This document shows positions 27,593 to 37,917 of a stretch of 64,000 nt of DNA, piece by piece (position 1 is the stretch's first letter; each line of letters opens with the position of its first letter). The position numbers were made by a program, and so were the translations under genes. Source of the DNA: a virus; IMG/VR virus record IMGVR_UViG_3300011115_000650; one strand, given 5' to 3'. A model generated the notes under the pieces. That model had not been told where the DNA came from, searched no databases, and saw only the letters and a program-made list of their open reading frames with translations.

Positions 27593-27930
27593 TATTTAAC
27601 AAATATTTGAATTAATATAATTAAGATACTCAATCCCAGACATACTAGAGTCTTAGGTGTTAGCGGTTCTTTAAATAATAGATACGATAAAACTGTAAAA
27701 ACGATAGCTCCTAATCCAAAACCAATTAATCTTGAGGGCCATAACTGACCATCGAATGCTTCAACAAAGCATTTTACCGATTTCATGAACATATACGTTA
27801 CCGGTATACCCATTAATAAGGAAAACCATAGGTTATTCTTAATCCAATCTATCTTTAACTGTCCCTGTAACTGTAGGAACGTTATCACTTGTGCCGTTAA
27901 TCCCCATAGTATCCCGTAGAGTATTTTCAT
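27592..27930 (-). CDS. 4-TM membrane protein (SMR/DMT-like)
   Basis: Four hydrophobic helices; FKEPLT motif. Confidence 0.65.
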   Translation of the reverse strand: MKILYGILWGLTAQVITFLQLQGQLKIDWIKNNLWFSLLMGIPVTYMFMKSVKCFVEAFDGQLWPSRLIGFGLGAIVFTVLSYLLFKEPLTPKTLVCLGLSILIILIQIFVK

Positions 27931-27999
27931 TATTGGTGTATTCGTGTAAGTATGTGTTCTGCCATAAAAAAAGTCCTTATAGTTATTACTGTTATATAA

Positions 28000-28031
28000 T
28001 AAAGATAAGGACTTTGAATTGTGTTTCCAAC
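28000..28031 (-). promoter_or_regulatory. Bacteroidota-type promoter
   Basis: GTTGG...CCTTATCTTTA on the minus strand. Confidence 0.62.
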
Positions 28032-28043
28032 TAATAGTTCGGA

Positions 28044-28190
28044 TTACTTCTTGATGCTAGTAGTATCTTTTACTACTTTAGTAGTGTCTACTTTTACTGC
28101 AGTTGAATCTGTAGTAGGTGTTGGAGCGGTAGTTGAACTACAAGCTACTAAAACGATTGATGCTACTAGAGCTACGATGATTGTTTTCAT
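28044..28190 (-). CDS. 48-aa Thr-rich lipoprotein
   Basis: Manual translation MKTIIVALVASIVLVAC|SSTTAPTPTTDSTAVKVDTTKVVKDTTSIKK; LVAC lipobox. Confidence 0.78.
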   Translation of the reverse strand: MKTIIVALVASIVLVACSSTTAPTPTTDSTAVKVDTTKVVKDTTSIKK

Positions 28191-28223
28191 GTTTTGTTTT
28201 TAATTTTACTGTTTATAAATAGT

Positions 28224-29873
28224 TTAGAATCCCATGTCCATTCCTAGATCTGGTTGTTGTTCTGTTTTCTTGTCTTCTTTCTTAGTAAAGATTACTGACT
28301 CGGTAGTTAGGATAGTGCCTGCTACTGATGCTGCATTCTCTAGAGCGATCCTGGTCACTTTAGCTGGATCTAATAAACCCGTCTCATATGCATCCACTAC
28401 CTTACCTAATTTAGCGTCATAGGTAGCGTTTGTAATATCAGCAGTTTGAATATCATGTAAGATTGCATACCAATCTTCGATACCGGCATTACTTAAGATC
28501 TTCCTAAACGGTGCTTGACAGGCTTGATGTATAATCCTTACACCCTTTCTTTCATTCTCTGACCATTCCGTAGTCTTACTAACCGCTTGATTAAAGGCAT
28601 TGATCAGAGCTACTCCACCTCCAGGTACTATACCTTCAGCTAGAGCGGCCTTGGTAGCAAATAATGCATCCTCTACCCTATCCTTCTTCTCTCTCATCTC
28701 TACTTCTGAATTACCTCCTACTGTAATAATGGCTACACCTCCAATTAACTTACCTAATCTCTCCTGTAACTTCTCTTTCTCGTAAGGTGATACTCCAGGT
28801 CTATCTAATTGATCTTTGATCTCTTGAGCTCTTAACTTAATTGCTTCTTCGGTTCCTTTACCGTCGATGATAGTTGTCTTCTCCTTATCTACAGCCACTG
28901 TCCTAGCTTTGCCTAGCATAGTCTCTAACTGCATAGCATTGAGTTTCTCCAACTTTAAGCCCTTGTCCTTACTTATCACCTGTCCTCCGGTTAGAATAGC
29001 GATATCCTCAAGCAATAGGGTTCTACGCTCACCAAAGTCTGGTGCCTTAACTGCGCAAACCTTTACAATACCTCTCATCTTGTTAACGATTAGAGTAGCT
29101 AGAGCTTCATCACCGAAGTCTTCTGCAATCAATAACAAAGACTTATTCTCGGCATTTGCCTTAGATAGGACCTGTACCATCTCTTGAGCAGTATTAACTC
29201 TACCGTCATAGATCAAGATATAAGGATCATCTAATACACTCTGCATGGTGGTGTTGTTGGTAACGAAGTAAGGTGATTTATAACCTCTATCAAACTGCAT
29301 ACCCTCGACTACTTCTAAAAAAGTCTCTCCGGTCTTAGATTCTTCAATCGATACCAAACCCTCTCTACCTACCTTCTCTAAAGAGGTTGCGATTAGGTTT
29401 CCTACCTCTTCATCACCATTACCTGAAATCATAGCCACTTGCTTGATCTGAGCTTCGGTAGAGATGTCTTGAGCTTGTAGCTTTAATTCCTCTACCACTA
29501 ACTTTACTACCTTGTCTATACCCTTCTTAACTTCAACCGGGTTAGTTCCTTGGTCGATTAGCTTTAAACCATCTTCAACGATCGTAGTCGCTAATATGGT
29601 TGAGGTTGTAGTACCATCACCTGCTTCATTAGCAGATTTGATTGAGACTTGCTTAACTAGTTGAGCTCCGATATTCTCTACCTCGTCTTTTAGTTCCGTA
29701 AAAGCTTTGGCAACAGCAACACCATCTTTGGTTACCCTAATGCCATTTACTTTGTCTTCAATTAAGACCGTTCTACCACCAGGTCCTAGGGTCGAAGAAA
29801 CTGCTAGGTTTAGTTTCTTAATGCCCTGGGCTAGTTTTGTTTTTAGTTCTGTGCCTGTTATGTTTTCTATCAT
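28224..29873 (-). CDS. groL: Chaperonin GroEL
   Basis: [30 protein letters not shown]. Confidence 0.97.
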   Translation of the reverse strand: MIENITGTELKTKLAQGIKKLNLAVSSTLGPGGRTVLIEDKVNGIRVTKDGVAVAKAFTELKDEVENIGAQLVKQVSIKSANEAGDGTTTSTILATTIVEDGLKLIDQGTNPVEVKKGIDKVVKLVVEELKLQAQDISTEAQIKQVAMISGNGDEEVGNLIATSLEKVGREGLVSIEESKTGETFLEVVEGMQFDRGYKSPYFVTNNTTMQSVLDDPYILIYDGRVNTAQEMVQVLSKANAENKSLLLIAEDFGDEALATLIVNKMRGIVKVCAVKAPDFGERRTLLLEDIAILTGGQVISKDKGLKLEKLNAMQLETMLGKARTVAVDKEKTTIIDGKGTEEAIKLRAQEIKDQLDRPGVSPYEKEKLQERLGKLIGGVAIITVGGNSEVEMREKKDRVEDALFATKAALAEGIVPGGGVALINAFNQAVSKTTEWSENERKGVRIIHQACQAPFRKILSNAGIEDWYAILHDIQTADITNATYDAKLGKVVDAYETGLLDPAKVTRIALENAASVAGTILTTESVIFTKKEDKKTEQQPDLGMDMGF

Positions 29874-29876
29874 ATG

Positions 29877-30281
29877 TTATAGTGTTGAATTTAATGCGGT
29901 TAGAGGTGTTTCAATATCATTCTCCGGTAATACTGGTGTCTCTATTAATAGTTGTTTAAGCGTCTCTTGTCTAGCTACGGGAGTGTCTACGATTCTAGAT
30001 AAGATTTCGGTTACTTTAGTGATGTAGTATTCTTGGTTATCAATACTTATACGCTGGCTACTCATCTTTGGTACTATAACCTTTACTCCTGGATAGAGTT
30101 TGGGTTCAGATACTAATTGACCGGTGTGCCAGTTAAAGGTACTGTCTACTGCTACTACTTCAGCTATCTCAGGTCTTTCCTTACCCATATCCGGGATTAT
30201 GATATTACCTGCCATCTGTTCTTGTTCTTCGATGGGTTTTAAGATTACATGTCCATTTAATGGATCTAGTGTTGATGTCAT
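29877..30281 (-). CDS. groS: Co-chaperonin GroES with C-terminal extension
   Basis: PLNGHV, GNIIIPD..KERP, EVVAV; adjacent to groEL. Confidence 0.88.
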   Translation of the reverse strand: MTSTLDPLNGHVILKPIEEQEQMAGNIIIPDMGKERPEIAEVVAVDSTFNWHTGQLVSEPKLYPGVKVIVPKMSSQRISIDNQEYYITKVTEILSRIVDTPVARQETLKQLLIETPVLPENDIETPLTALNSTL

Positions 30282-30529
30282 ATACTTGATTCTTGTTTTA
30301 ATTCTTCTTTGGGTGATTCTTCGATAAGAGGTTGGACAGTTTGGTCATCTTCAATAACTTCGGCTTCAGGAACTAATTCAACAAAGTACAATACGCCATC
30401 TTTCTTCAAGACTTTGTCTGCACCTAGTTGCTCTTTCCAGGATTCGATGTTAGGTCGATATTCTTCTTTTAACTTACGTTTTAGGACATAGAGGCTGTCC
30501 TCATGCTTGATAAACTCTGTACGAAACAT
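30278..30529 (-). CDS. Hypothetical protein
   Basis: ORF track. Confidence 0.65.
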   Translation of the reverse strand: MFRTEFIKHEDSLYVLKRKLKEEYRPNIESWKEQLGADKVLKKDGVLYFVELVPEAEVIEDDQTVQPLIEESPKEELKQESSI

Positions 30530-30570
30530 ATTTTAATATAACTAATTTATTTTATAAAACCAACTTTCTT

Positions 30571-31179
30571 TTAATGTTTTTTCATCTTACACATAATATC
30601 TTTTATGTATAACGTTTTTAGATGTATTAGATCTAATTCCTCTTCGGTTAAATTTATATCCTCGTGAATCCACATCGCATATACTGTACCGTATTTAATA
30701 TGATCTCCAATTCTAAACATGTATGATGTCTCAATACCGTGATAACGATTTATGTCTACTACTGCCGGTCTTGGATAATCTTTACCCACTCTTACAAATC
30801 CTCCTTCTGAGTTATGTAGTTCTAGTAGGGTCTCGCATACCGGGCTGATCGGTACTTTTTGATAATCTAACATCATCTCCCTAGTCGTTACATCAGCTTT
30901 TTCATAGGTCATTGATGCATAGTTAAACGGTAGTCCATTTATGGCTGCATTACCGTTGTGGTACTCTACTACTGCTACTCGATTGGCTCCTAATAGAGTT
31001 CTAATCTCAACTAATACTTCATTGATTAGTGCACGATGTTCGGTGTTGTGTAAAAAATCTTTAGCTTCATCAACAGGTTTACTAAATTTCTTCTTTACCC
31101 AGGTCACTATATAGGGAGCAACTGCTGCCAGTATACCACCCACTATCATTCCTACTGTCTTTAGTATGTCTTCGTTCAT
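30571..31179 (-). CDS. Putative holin (single TM + GAF-like soluble domain, T4 T-like)
   Basis: N-terminal TM, then L.EIR..LGANRV...YHNG...SMTYE. Confidence 0.55.
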   Translation of the reverse strand: MNEDILKTVGMIVGGILAAVAPYIVTWVKKKFSKPVDEAKDFLHNTEHRALINEVLVEIRTLLGANRVAVVEYHNGNAAINGLPFNYASMTYEKADVTTREMMLDYQKVPISPVCETLLELHNSEGGFVRVGKDYPRPAVVDINRYHGIETSYMFRIGDHIKYGTVYAMWIHEDINLTEEELDLIHLKTLYIKDIMCKMKKH

Positions 31180-31230
31180 TTAAGCTAATTACTCTAATAA
31201 ATAGTCTAACATCTCCGAAAAGTTTAGTGT

Positions 31231-31941
31231 TTATACAGCATTTTTTAACTTCCAAACATACCCTTTGTGTGTTTTAATATGCCCGTGAACACACCTACTT
31301 ATTCCCGATACATTAAATCCATCTTTAATAGCATCCTCCATCTTATCGTAGTCCTGCACTTCTTCTAAAGTGTCTTTGTCGAGACAGATTACAGCTTTAT
31401 TAAAACCAGGCCTACCAATCTGCCATCCGGGGTATTTAACTAGGTCAGTTTTATTTATAAACTTAACCTCTCCGTTTTTATGTATATGTATATTACCGGT
31501 AGCTAATGCTCTCCCTTTTCGTCCTGCAGATAAATAACATTCACGATTGCAATAATTAGCTACAGGTCGTACATGTGAATTAATTCTAGAGTTTTCTTTA
31601 CCGCAACTACTACATATAATAGTAGTTTGTCTCAGCTTTTCTTTTTGAACCTCTTGTTTTAGTCTCTGGTATACTCTACTGCTCGGGATATATCTTTTTT
31701 TAGTTTTATTTTGTTGACACATTGCGTAAGCAGCATAGAGTAATTTGCTATTTCCTCGATGTATTTCACATAGCAATAAATGAGCGATAAAGTGTTCTTT
31801 AGCTGTCAAAGCTACTATGTTTTCCTTACTATTATCACCTCCTAAACATTTAGGTACTACGTGATGTTTTTCTACATACCCTTCTAATTGCCTACTCTTT
31901 GCTCTTGATATTAGACTGTCGTACAATGTACTGTAGTTCAT
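31231..31941 (-). mobile_element. HNH homing endonuclease with NUMOD1 C-terminus
   Basis: EKHHVVPKCLGG.N...LTAKEHFIAH; GISRC..G..KTHKGYVW; likely start MNYS. Confidence 0.9.
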
Positions 31942-31976
31942 ACTGTCTTTATTATAAATAGGCAAACTATGTGGCT

Positions 31977-34286
31977 CTAGTGACCTTCTTTCATATTTTT
32001 TGCAACAGCTGGTTCTGCAATAAGTTTAACCCCGTCTAGCGGAGTTGTATTTTCCATACAGTCTTGAACTATAGGTACTGCTCTCTCTACATCCTCTCTC
32101 TTAACAGAACAGACTAGTTGATCGTGTATCTGTGCTATAACTACTCCGTCGATACCTTCTTGTCTAAATCTCCTACTAATCTGAAGTGCTGCTCGATTTA
32201 CAATAGAAGCTGCTAAACTTTGGATCTGGAAATTAAGTACATTATTTAGACCGTTTTTATAGTCTCTATATAAGCTAAGCACCTTTTCTTTACCGTAGAT
32301 CCTTTCTAGATCTTTTCTAACCTTCCAATCAAGTATACCATCTTGTATCTTACCGTAGATTGCTTTTACTTTAGGTAGGTGTCTTATTCTACCTACTTTA
32401 TTTTTAATATACCCGTGAGTTTTTACAAACTCTCTAGACTCCTCTCTCCACTTTTTAAGCTCTGGGAATCCGTTTAAATAACCTTCGACAAGTTTTTCTC
32501 CTTCTTTTTTATCTATGTTTAGAGACATTGCGAGAGCGTAACCCGACATTCCATACGGCACTCCTAGAGAGTAGGCTTTAGCGGTCTGTCTTTTAACAGG
32601 ATTTACCTTTTTTAAGTAGTTAGGTGCTTTTGTATGTGCACTCACTCCTTCTAGCTTTTCAGTTTGAATAGCAATATGCGAATAAAAATCTAGATCTTCT
32701 CTAAAGATACGTTTTAACTCATCGTCTCCTGCTACAGTTGCGAATACCCTAGGCTCTAAAGAAGCGTAATCTGTATCAATAAACATCCTACCTTCTTCGG
32801 CTACCAAGAACGCTCTCACTAGATTATTATAGTGTACGATTATAGGTGCTGCCTCTCCATCTTCTTTAGGCTTGGGTAACTGCTGTAGATCCGAACCGTA
32901 TCGACCTGAAACTGTGCCGTGTTGTTTGAAGTAGAAGTAGTACCGGCCATCTTCGTGGTTGTCATGAAACCTATCTACGTAGGTGGATTTAATCTTGAGT
33001 AGTTTATTGTACACCCTGATATTCTCTGCCCACTTTTCGGTCTTAGCTATCTGCTCAATAACATCATCGTCGAATTGAGGCTTACCACTCGCTGTCGTAG
33101 ATAGAGGTTTTCTACCCAAGACATTGAAAGCAATCTGCCCTAATTGGTCTTTGGACTGTATATTAAAGAACTTACCTTCGTTATCTTCTTTCCATAGTTT
33201 GAGGCTTACCTTTAACACCTGCTCTGCAGGTAATAGCTTAACGTCTCCCGTTAATAAAAATTGTTTTAACTCACCCTCTGGTAATGTCAAAACAGTGGCT
33301 TTATTCAAGGTAAATTTACCTGTCTTCTCCGATCTTGGTAATTCGATACCTGCTTGTTCGATCAACTCCTGAGCATAAGTACCCTTAGCAGAAGGTGGGT
33401 AGGCTTTGGTAGCCATGTCTATGACCCATTGCTTGACCTTGGTCTCTTTTAATAGCTCTTCCATTACCAACCTAGCATGTTCGGCTAGATCTACTTCAAT
33501 CTTCTCTTTAGTATCCTTGATTAATTCCATATCTAATTCAACACCATACTCCTCCATCGGGATCGTAACCTCTCTATAAATCGGCATCACCTCTTCTTCA
33601 AAGAAAAACTTCTCTAGTTTCTCCTCCTCTAATTTAACGATGAAATGGTTATAGATACGTAGAGTTAGATCAGTATCAGCAGCACCATACTTAGCTAGTA
33701 CATCCAGGTCAGCTTTATAGATCTCGTAATTATCCTTGGTCGTACTCCCACCATTCCTTTTAATACTCTCCTTCAACTCTATCTGTTCTTCGTTAGCATC
33801 CGATTCAACATCTAGTCCGATGTGCTGCTGGATTAGTTTAGCAATAGGTTTTAAACCAAATGCACTCCCCATTCCAAATGCTCCTTCTTCGTTTACTGTA
33901 TGTACCAGTAACATCGTATCAGCATGTAGATGAGGTATGAGATCTAGTTTGTAAAAGTTCTTAATAAACCTCAAATCGAAAGCAGCATTATGACAAACGA
34001 TCTTTTTACCTATCAGTAGGTTTAGGACTTTAAGAGCTAACTCTTGACAGCTTCTACCGCTGATGGTCAATTCTTCGAGTTTACTATTCTGATAAGCCAT
34101 CGTTGGCATATAAAAGCTCTCTCCTTCTTTACCGCAAATAGAAAAACCGATCACCTGACCCTTACGGGGATTAAGTGAATCGGTTTCTATGTCTAGAGTT
34201 AATAACTCGTAGGTACGGATATGTTCGATTAAGGCTTTTAGAGTCTCTTGACTATCTACGGTTGTATATTTCTTTTGTATTAGCAT
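31977..34286 (-). CDS. polA: Family A DNA polymerase with 3'-5' exonuclease
   Basis: DIET (ExoI), HNAAFD, YGAAD; DYASLEPR, R..AK...LG..YG, QIHDQ. Confidence 0.95.
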   Translation of the reverse strand: MLIQKKYTTVDSQETLKALIEHIRTYELLTLDIETDSLNPRKGQVIGFSICGKEGESFYMPTMAYQNSKLEELTISGRSCQELALKVLNLLIGKKIVCHNAAFDLRFIKNFYKLDLIPHLHADTMLLVHTVNEEGAFGMGSAFGLKPIAKLIQQHIGLDVESDANEEQIELKESIKRNGGSTTKDNYEIYKADLDVLAKYGAADTDLTLRIYNHFIVKLEEEKLEKFFFEEEVMPIYREVTIPMEEYGVELDMELIKDTKEKIEVDLAEHARLVMEELLKETKVKQWVIDMATKAYPPSAKGTYAQELIEQAGIELPRSEKTGKFTLNKATVLTLPEGELKQFLLTGDVKLLPAEQVLKVSLKLWKEDNEGKFFNIQSKDQLGQIAFNVLGRKPLSTTASGKPQFDDDVIEQIAKTEKWAENIRVYNKLLKIKSTYVDRFHDNHEDGRYYFYFKQHGTVSGRYGSDLQQLPKPKEDGEAAPIIVHYNNLVRAFLVAEEGRMFIDTDYASLEPRVFATVAGDDELKRIFREDLDFYSHIAIQTEKLEGVSAHTKAPNYLKKVNPVKRQTAKAYSLGVPYGMSGYALAMSLNIDKKEGEKLVEGYLNGFPELKKWREESREFVKTHGYIKNKVGRIRHLPKVKAIYGKIQDGILDWKVRKDLERIYGKEKVLSLYRDYKNGLNNVLNFQIQSLAASIVNRAALQISRRFRQEGIDGVVIAQIHDQLVCSVKREDVERAVPIVQDCMENTTPLDGVKLIAEPAVAKNMKEGH

Positions 34287-34292
34287 ATATAG

Positions 34293-34324
34293 TAAAGATA
34301 TGAAATACTATTCAAACTAACAAC
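34293..34324 (-). promoter_or_regulatory. Bacteroidota-type promoter upstream of polA
   Basis: GTTG...CATATCTTTA on the minus strand. Confidence 0.55.
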
Positions 34325-34854
34325 TATTTTCTTTGCTTATCATGCATCCATTGACCATCGTAGAGTTCAGCGGGTTGACATTCGTGGAAATAAATCTGAG
34401 CCACTCTTGCGTTTTCTTCAATAAAAATTGTCTCGTGTACGTATAAAAGTGTACCCATGAACTGAGTTTCAAAGCCTGGATCAAATACCGGGCTATTAAT
34501 TATCGAACCATTACGGTATAGTGAGGAACGCTGCTTAATAAATGCTACTCTATTATCGGGTATCTTACATCCTTCGTTAAAGGTTATATCGTATACACCT
34601 GGATATAAGATCCATCCTATTGTACTGTCTAGAGTGGTTAAGCTTTGAGGGGTATAGGTAGTGAGATGTGTTTTATCTTTTAGTACCTTGCCAATCTTTC
34701 TTACCACCACTTCATGAGGGGTATTGATTTCGTTAGGCACACCTATTTTATTCACCTGTTTTAAGGTAAGGTCATAACCCACTTGAGCTGGTTTGCCTTG
34801 TGTGTGTTCTAATAGTAATAGACCTTCGTCTATGATTTGTTTTGAGTTTAACAT
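34324..34854 (-). CDS. Trimeric dUTPase / dCTP deaminase family
   Basis: GYDLT, RSSLYR, DPGF, RVAQI. Confidence 0.88.
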   Translation of the reverse strand: MLNSKQIIDEGLLLLEHTQGKPAQVGYDLTLKQVNKIGVPNEINTPHEVVVRKIGKVLKDKTHLTTYTPQSLTTLDSTIGWILYPGVYDITFNEGCKIPDNRVAFIKQRSSLYRNGSIINSPVFDPGFETQFMGTLLYVHETIFIEENARVAQIYFHECQPAELYDGQWMHDKQRK

Positions 34855-34855
34855 T

Positions 34856-35212
34856 CTAGTTATGTATTAGTGTATTTGTTGTTAATAAGTCTCTCAATTC
34901 GTAGTATATGTCCATGCTTGGATCGATATAAATTACCTCTCCTGCTTTATATAATACAGGTACTCCTTGACGGAGTATTCGGGCATCTTCTAAGAAAGTA
35001 AACTTACGGGTACCTGTAAAGACGAATAGGTCTTGAGATAGGTGTTTATAAGGGACTATATTGTTTAGTTTCCTTCGTCTTCTATCACAACCACAATCCT
35101 CCTTACCTCTCAATCTGGCGATAAACGTAGCTAGTTTATCCAGGCCAAAAAACTTGGTAAACTTAGCTACACTATCTCCTAGTCCTACTGCTTTAGTACT
35201 TCTTACTTCCAT
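34856..35212 (-). CDS. Hypothetical phage protein
   Basis: GLGDSVAK...DCGCDRRR.KLN motif. Confidence 0.65.
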   Translation of the reverse strand: MEVRSTKAVGLGDSVAKFTKFFGLDKLATFIARLRGKEDCGCDRRRRKLNNIVPYKHLSQDLFVFTGTRKFTFLEDARILRQGVPVLYKAGEVIYIDPSMDIYYELRDLLTTNTLIHN

Positions 35213-35912
35213 TTGCTAGTTCTATGTTTTTGTAGAACTCCGCTCTTGCAGAATCTTCATTTAGAAAGCATCCTGTCAACTTAGCTGTTTGCATTGATGC
35301 ACCTTGATGTTTAACACCTCTACACGATACACAGTTATGTGTTGCATTAATCATTACAGCTACTCCTAGGTTATCCTCACAGATCGTATTTACTGCATTG
35401 TGAATAGCTACAGTTAACTGCTCTTGTATAGCTCCTCTTCTTCCGAAGTGCTCTACAATACGGTTTAACTTAGATAGTCCTACTACCCTGCCGTGTTCAC
35501 TAGGTACGTACGCTATCGATACTGTTCCTGAGATAGTTTCAAGGTGATGACTACATACACTAGTTACTGGTATATTACTTTCTTGGACAATCCCAGAATA
35601 TCCATCGCTTGGAAAGCTAGTAATTTCGTCCATCAGCTTATACCTACCTGCAAATTTATCTTTGACGTAAGCCTTAGCCACTCTCTTAGGTGTATTAGAA
35701 CTATTTGGATCATTCTTCCAATCCACTCCTAGAGCGGTTAGGAAATTACCAAAATGTAGAGCAGCTTCTTCGATGATAGCCTCTTTATCTCCTTCTGTTA
35801 ATTCACTCTTTCCCTCTTTTAGGTTATGAGCTAATTGCAGAGAGATGCCATTAGCATGACCGGGTTGAGCTATTTCTAGCTCATCGATTTTTATTTCTGT
35901 GTGTTTATTCAT
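35193..35912 (-). CDS. folE: GTP cyclohydrolase I
   Basis: TPKRVAK, SVCSHH, GLSKLNR, QEQLT, HNCVSCRG. Confidence 0.95.
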   Translation of the reverse strand: MNKHTEIKIDELEIAQPGHANGISLQLAHNLKEGKSELTEGDKEAIIEEAALHFGNFLTALGVDWKNDPNSSNTPKRVAKAYVKDKFAGRYKLMDEITSFPSDGYSGIVQESNIPVTSVCSHHLETISGTVSIAYVPSEHGRVVGLSKLNRIVEHFGRRGAIQEQLTVAIHNAVNTICEDNLGVAVMINATHNCVSCRGVKHQGASMQTAKLTGCFLNEDSARAEFYKNIELANGSKKY

Positions 35913-36105
35913 AATCTATAATATATGGACTTTATTGCTGTTCTCCAACTGCTTGTAATTCTTCTTGAGAAGGTTCCCAATTAAACTGTGATTCAGGCGG
36001 TAGCCCGTTTTTCTTCTTTTTTGCTTTTTGTACTCCGTAAATTAAACTACCTATACAGGTAGCTATAATTAGTACCACGATTGTTAATACTGTTGTTGTC
36101 ATAGA

Positions 36106-36492
36106 TTAGAAACTTAAGGTGTAGATAATTCTGATTGAAATTGATTGGGGGTCGTATTTTGATATCTCAGCATCTTTAGCTACTTGAAAATCTAAAGAAG
36201 AACCGTTTTTGGTTTGTACCCATAGTTCTTTAATGAATTTGGTATCTGTAATTTCATTTTTCTCGTTACGGATTAATTCAAATACCGCTACTTTTGTTTG
36301 TGTTACTGTCATTTTGTTTGTGTTTAAATTTAATGTTGTTCCTGTTGTTACATATCCTTGAAAACTGCTAGTATCGAACCACTTTGTAGTCATGTCTAAG
36401 TATGTTACGACTGGTGTTGCTGTAAGAGTTCCACCGTTTGCTACATATGCACCTAGCGAAGTTAGAGCAGGTCCTGTTGTTGATGTATTCAT
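36106..36492 (-). CDS. Hypothetical protein (start uncertain)
   Basis: ORF track. Confidence 0.55.
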   Translation of the reverse strand: MNTSTTGPALTSLGAYVANGGTLTATPVVTYLDMTTKWFDTSSFQGYVTTGTTLNLNTNKMTVTQTKVAVFELIRNEKNEITDTKFIKELWVQTKNGSSLDFQVAKDAEISKYDPQSISIRIIYTLSF

Positions 36493-36502
36493 TATTATTT
36501 AT

Positions 36503-36781
36503 TTAGTTATCTAATAAATTTCTCCATCTCTTTTGAGTTTCCCATGGATTACTCACATACTCGTTTATTTCTTTCATAGCCGATTCTGTAGTTTCAAAAG
36601 CTATTGATTTACATCCTACATTAACAGTACACCCTCTACTAAGGAATCTTACTGTAATTTCGTACTCCTGTAATACTTCTTGTTTACTTCGTCTATACTC
36701 TTTTTTATCTGGGTAGCATTCTTCTACCGGTATTGGCGGTATTTCAACGTCTAATGGTGCTAATTTGTCAAAGCTTGGCAT
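36503..36781 (-). CDS. Hypothetical protein (start uncertain)
   Basis: ORF track. Confidence 0.6.
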   Translation of the reverse strand: MPSFDKLAPLDVEIPPIPVEECYPDKKEYRRSKQEVLQEYEITVRFLSRGCTVNVGCKSIAFETTESAMKEINEYVSNPWETQKRWRNLLDN

Positions 36782-36811
36782 TTTACTTGTTTTTATGTTT
36801 GTTATTTAATT

Positions 36812-36913
36812 TTATCCTAGTCCAAAGACTACATGTGCAAATAGTAAACCTAGTATACTACTTACTACTATTATACCTATTTCAAATAAGGTATCTTTTG
36901 TTTTCTGTGTCAT
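36812..36913 (-). CDS. 33-aa single-TM peptide
   Basis: Manual translation MTQKTKDTLFEIGIIVVSSILGLLFAHVVFGLG; follows the last array repeat. Confidence 0.5.
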   Translation of the reverse strand: MTQKTKDTLFEIGIIVVSSILGLLFAHVVFGLG

Positions 36914-36914
36914 G

Positions 36915-37109
36915 TTATGTATTTAATGTTTTACCGTACTTTTTTAGAATGTATTGTAGTTTAGACATTCCTTTGCTTAATCCTTCTACTGTAGGTACTT
37001 CTTCATCATACATGGTTAGTCCTTCTACAATTACGGACTCTGCTTCTACACAATCAAAGCAAAATCCCATTCTTAGCTCTTTTTCTCTATTGCAGCATTT
37101 ACATTTCAT
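36915..37109 (-). CDS. Cassette ORF, Zn-finger-like, ends KTLNT
   Basis: CKCC...CFDC. Confidence 0.65.
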   Translation of the reverse strand: MKCKCCNREKELRMGFCFDCVEAESVIVEGLTMYDEEVPTVEGLSKGMSKLQYILKKYGKTLNT

Positions 37110-37112
37110 AAT

Positions 37113-37319
37113 TTATACGTTTAATGTTTTATTCCATATTGTACTAAATACAAATGTGTTTCCCTCTTGTCCCTTTCCCGAAATATTCATTCTTTTATTG
37201 GTATTTTCACATACAACATATTCGATGCCCTTTGAGTCTAGTTTACCAGTGTAGTTTTGATGTGTTTTTCCGCATCTACCGCAGTTATCTGTTTTCCACT
37301 TATTACTAGTCTTTTTCAT
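37113..37319 (-). CDS. Cassette ORF, ends WNKTLNV like QueE
   Basis: CGRC..H...C. Confidence 0.65.
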   Translation of the reverse strand: MKKTSNKWKTDNCGRCGKTHQNYTGKLDSKGIEYVVCENTNKRMNISGKGQEGNTFVFSTIWNKTLNV

Positions 37320-37328
37320 ATTATGCGT

Positions 37329-37523
37329 TTAGTGTTTTATTAATAGATCTAATTCAATAATTTCTGGGTAGCCGTAGTAAGATTTTTTCTCTAGTATTTC
37401 TTTAACATATGATTCAGCATCTGCTTTATTAAAGAATACTTTAGCGTATTCAAAGTCATGCGGTTCGTACTCCATCTCTCCACATACTAAATAGCATTTC
37501 GGTTTAGGGATATCTAGTTCCAT
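37329..37523 (-). CDS. Cassette ORF, hypothetical
   Basis: ORF between repeats. Confidence 0.62.
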   Translation of the reverse strand: MELDIPKPKCYLVCGEMEYEPHDFEYAKVFFNKADAESYVKEILEKKSYYGYPEIIELDLLIKH

Positions 37524-37540
37524 ATTATACGTTTAATGTT

Positions 37541-37801
37541 TTATACTTTTTCGTACGTTGCTTCGAATATGTCTGGTTTACATGGGTAGTACTCTCCTTT
37601 TATGCCTCTGATTATATAATCGCCTATTGAAGCAACCATCTCTCCTTCTAGGGTTGGTATCTTTATACATGATTTACCATTATCATCTCTTGAAACTTTA
37701 AAATGTGATACTTCATTAATTGAAAATTCATCAAGACATCTGAAGTTTCCATCGTACTGTACCGCTTCAATTACTACTGGTTTTTTTCTGTATTGTGCCA
37801 T
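37541..37801 (-). CDS. Cassette ORF, common phage protein
   Basis: YRKKPVVIEAVQ...TLEG.M....GDYII.G..GE.YPCKPDIF..TYE. Confidence 0.8.
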   Translation of the reverse strand: MAQYRKKPVVIEAVQYDGNFRCLDEFSINEVSHFKVSRDDNGKSCIKIPTLEGEMVASIGDYIIRGIKGEYYPCKPDIFEATYEKV

Positions 37802-37832
37802 ATTATACGTTTAGTGTTTTTTAACTAACTTT

Positions 37833-37916
37833 CTATTTTTTACTTCTATCGTGTATTGTTATTTCGATTCCTCCACAAAGAAATATGATTATTATTAATA
37901 TTACGACTGCTACCAT
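37833..37916 (-). CDS. Cassette ORF, 27-aa hydrophobic peptide
   Basis: Manual translation MVAVVILIIIIFLCGGIEITIHDRSKK. Confidence 0.45.
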   Translation of the reverse strand: MVAVVILIIIIFLCGGIEITIHDRSKK

Positions 37917-37917
37917 A

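Noticed and set aside
28224-29873. Bacterial chromosome origin suggested by groEL, fabH, ssrA and que genes
   Set aside because: The single-strand gene-dense layout, gp32/UvsX/helicase module, baseplate genes and multiple HEGs indicate a phage.
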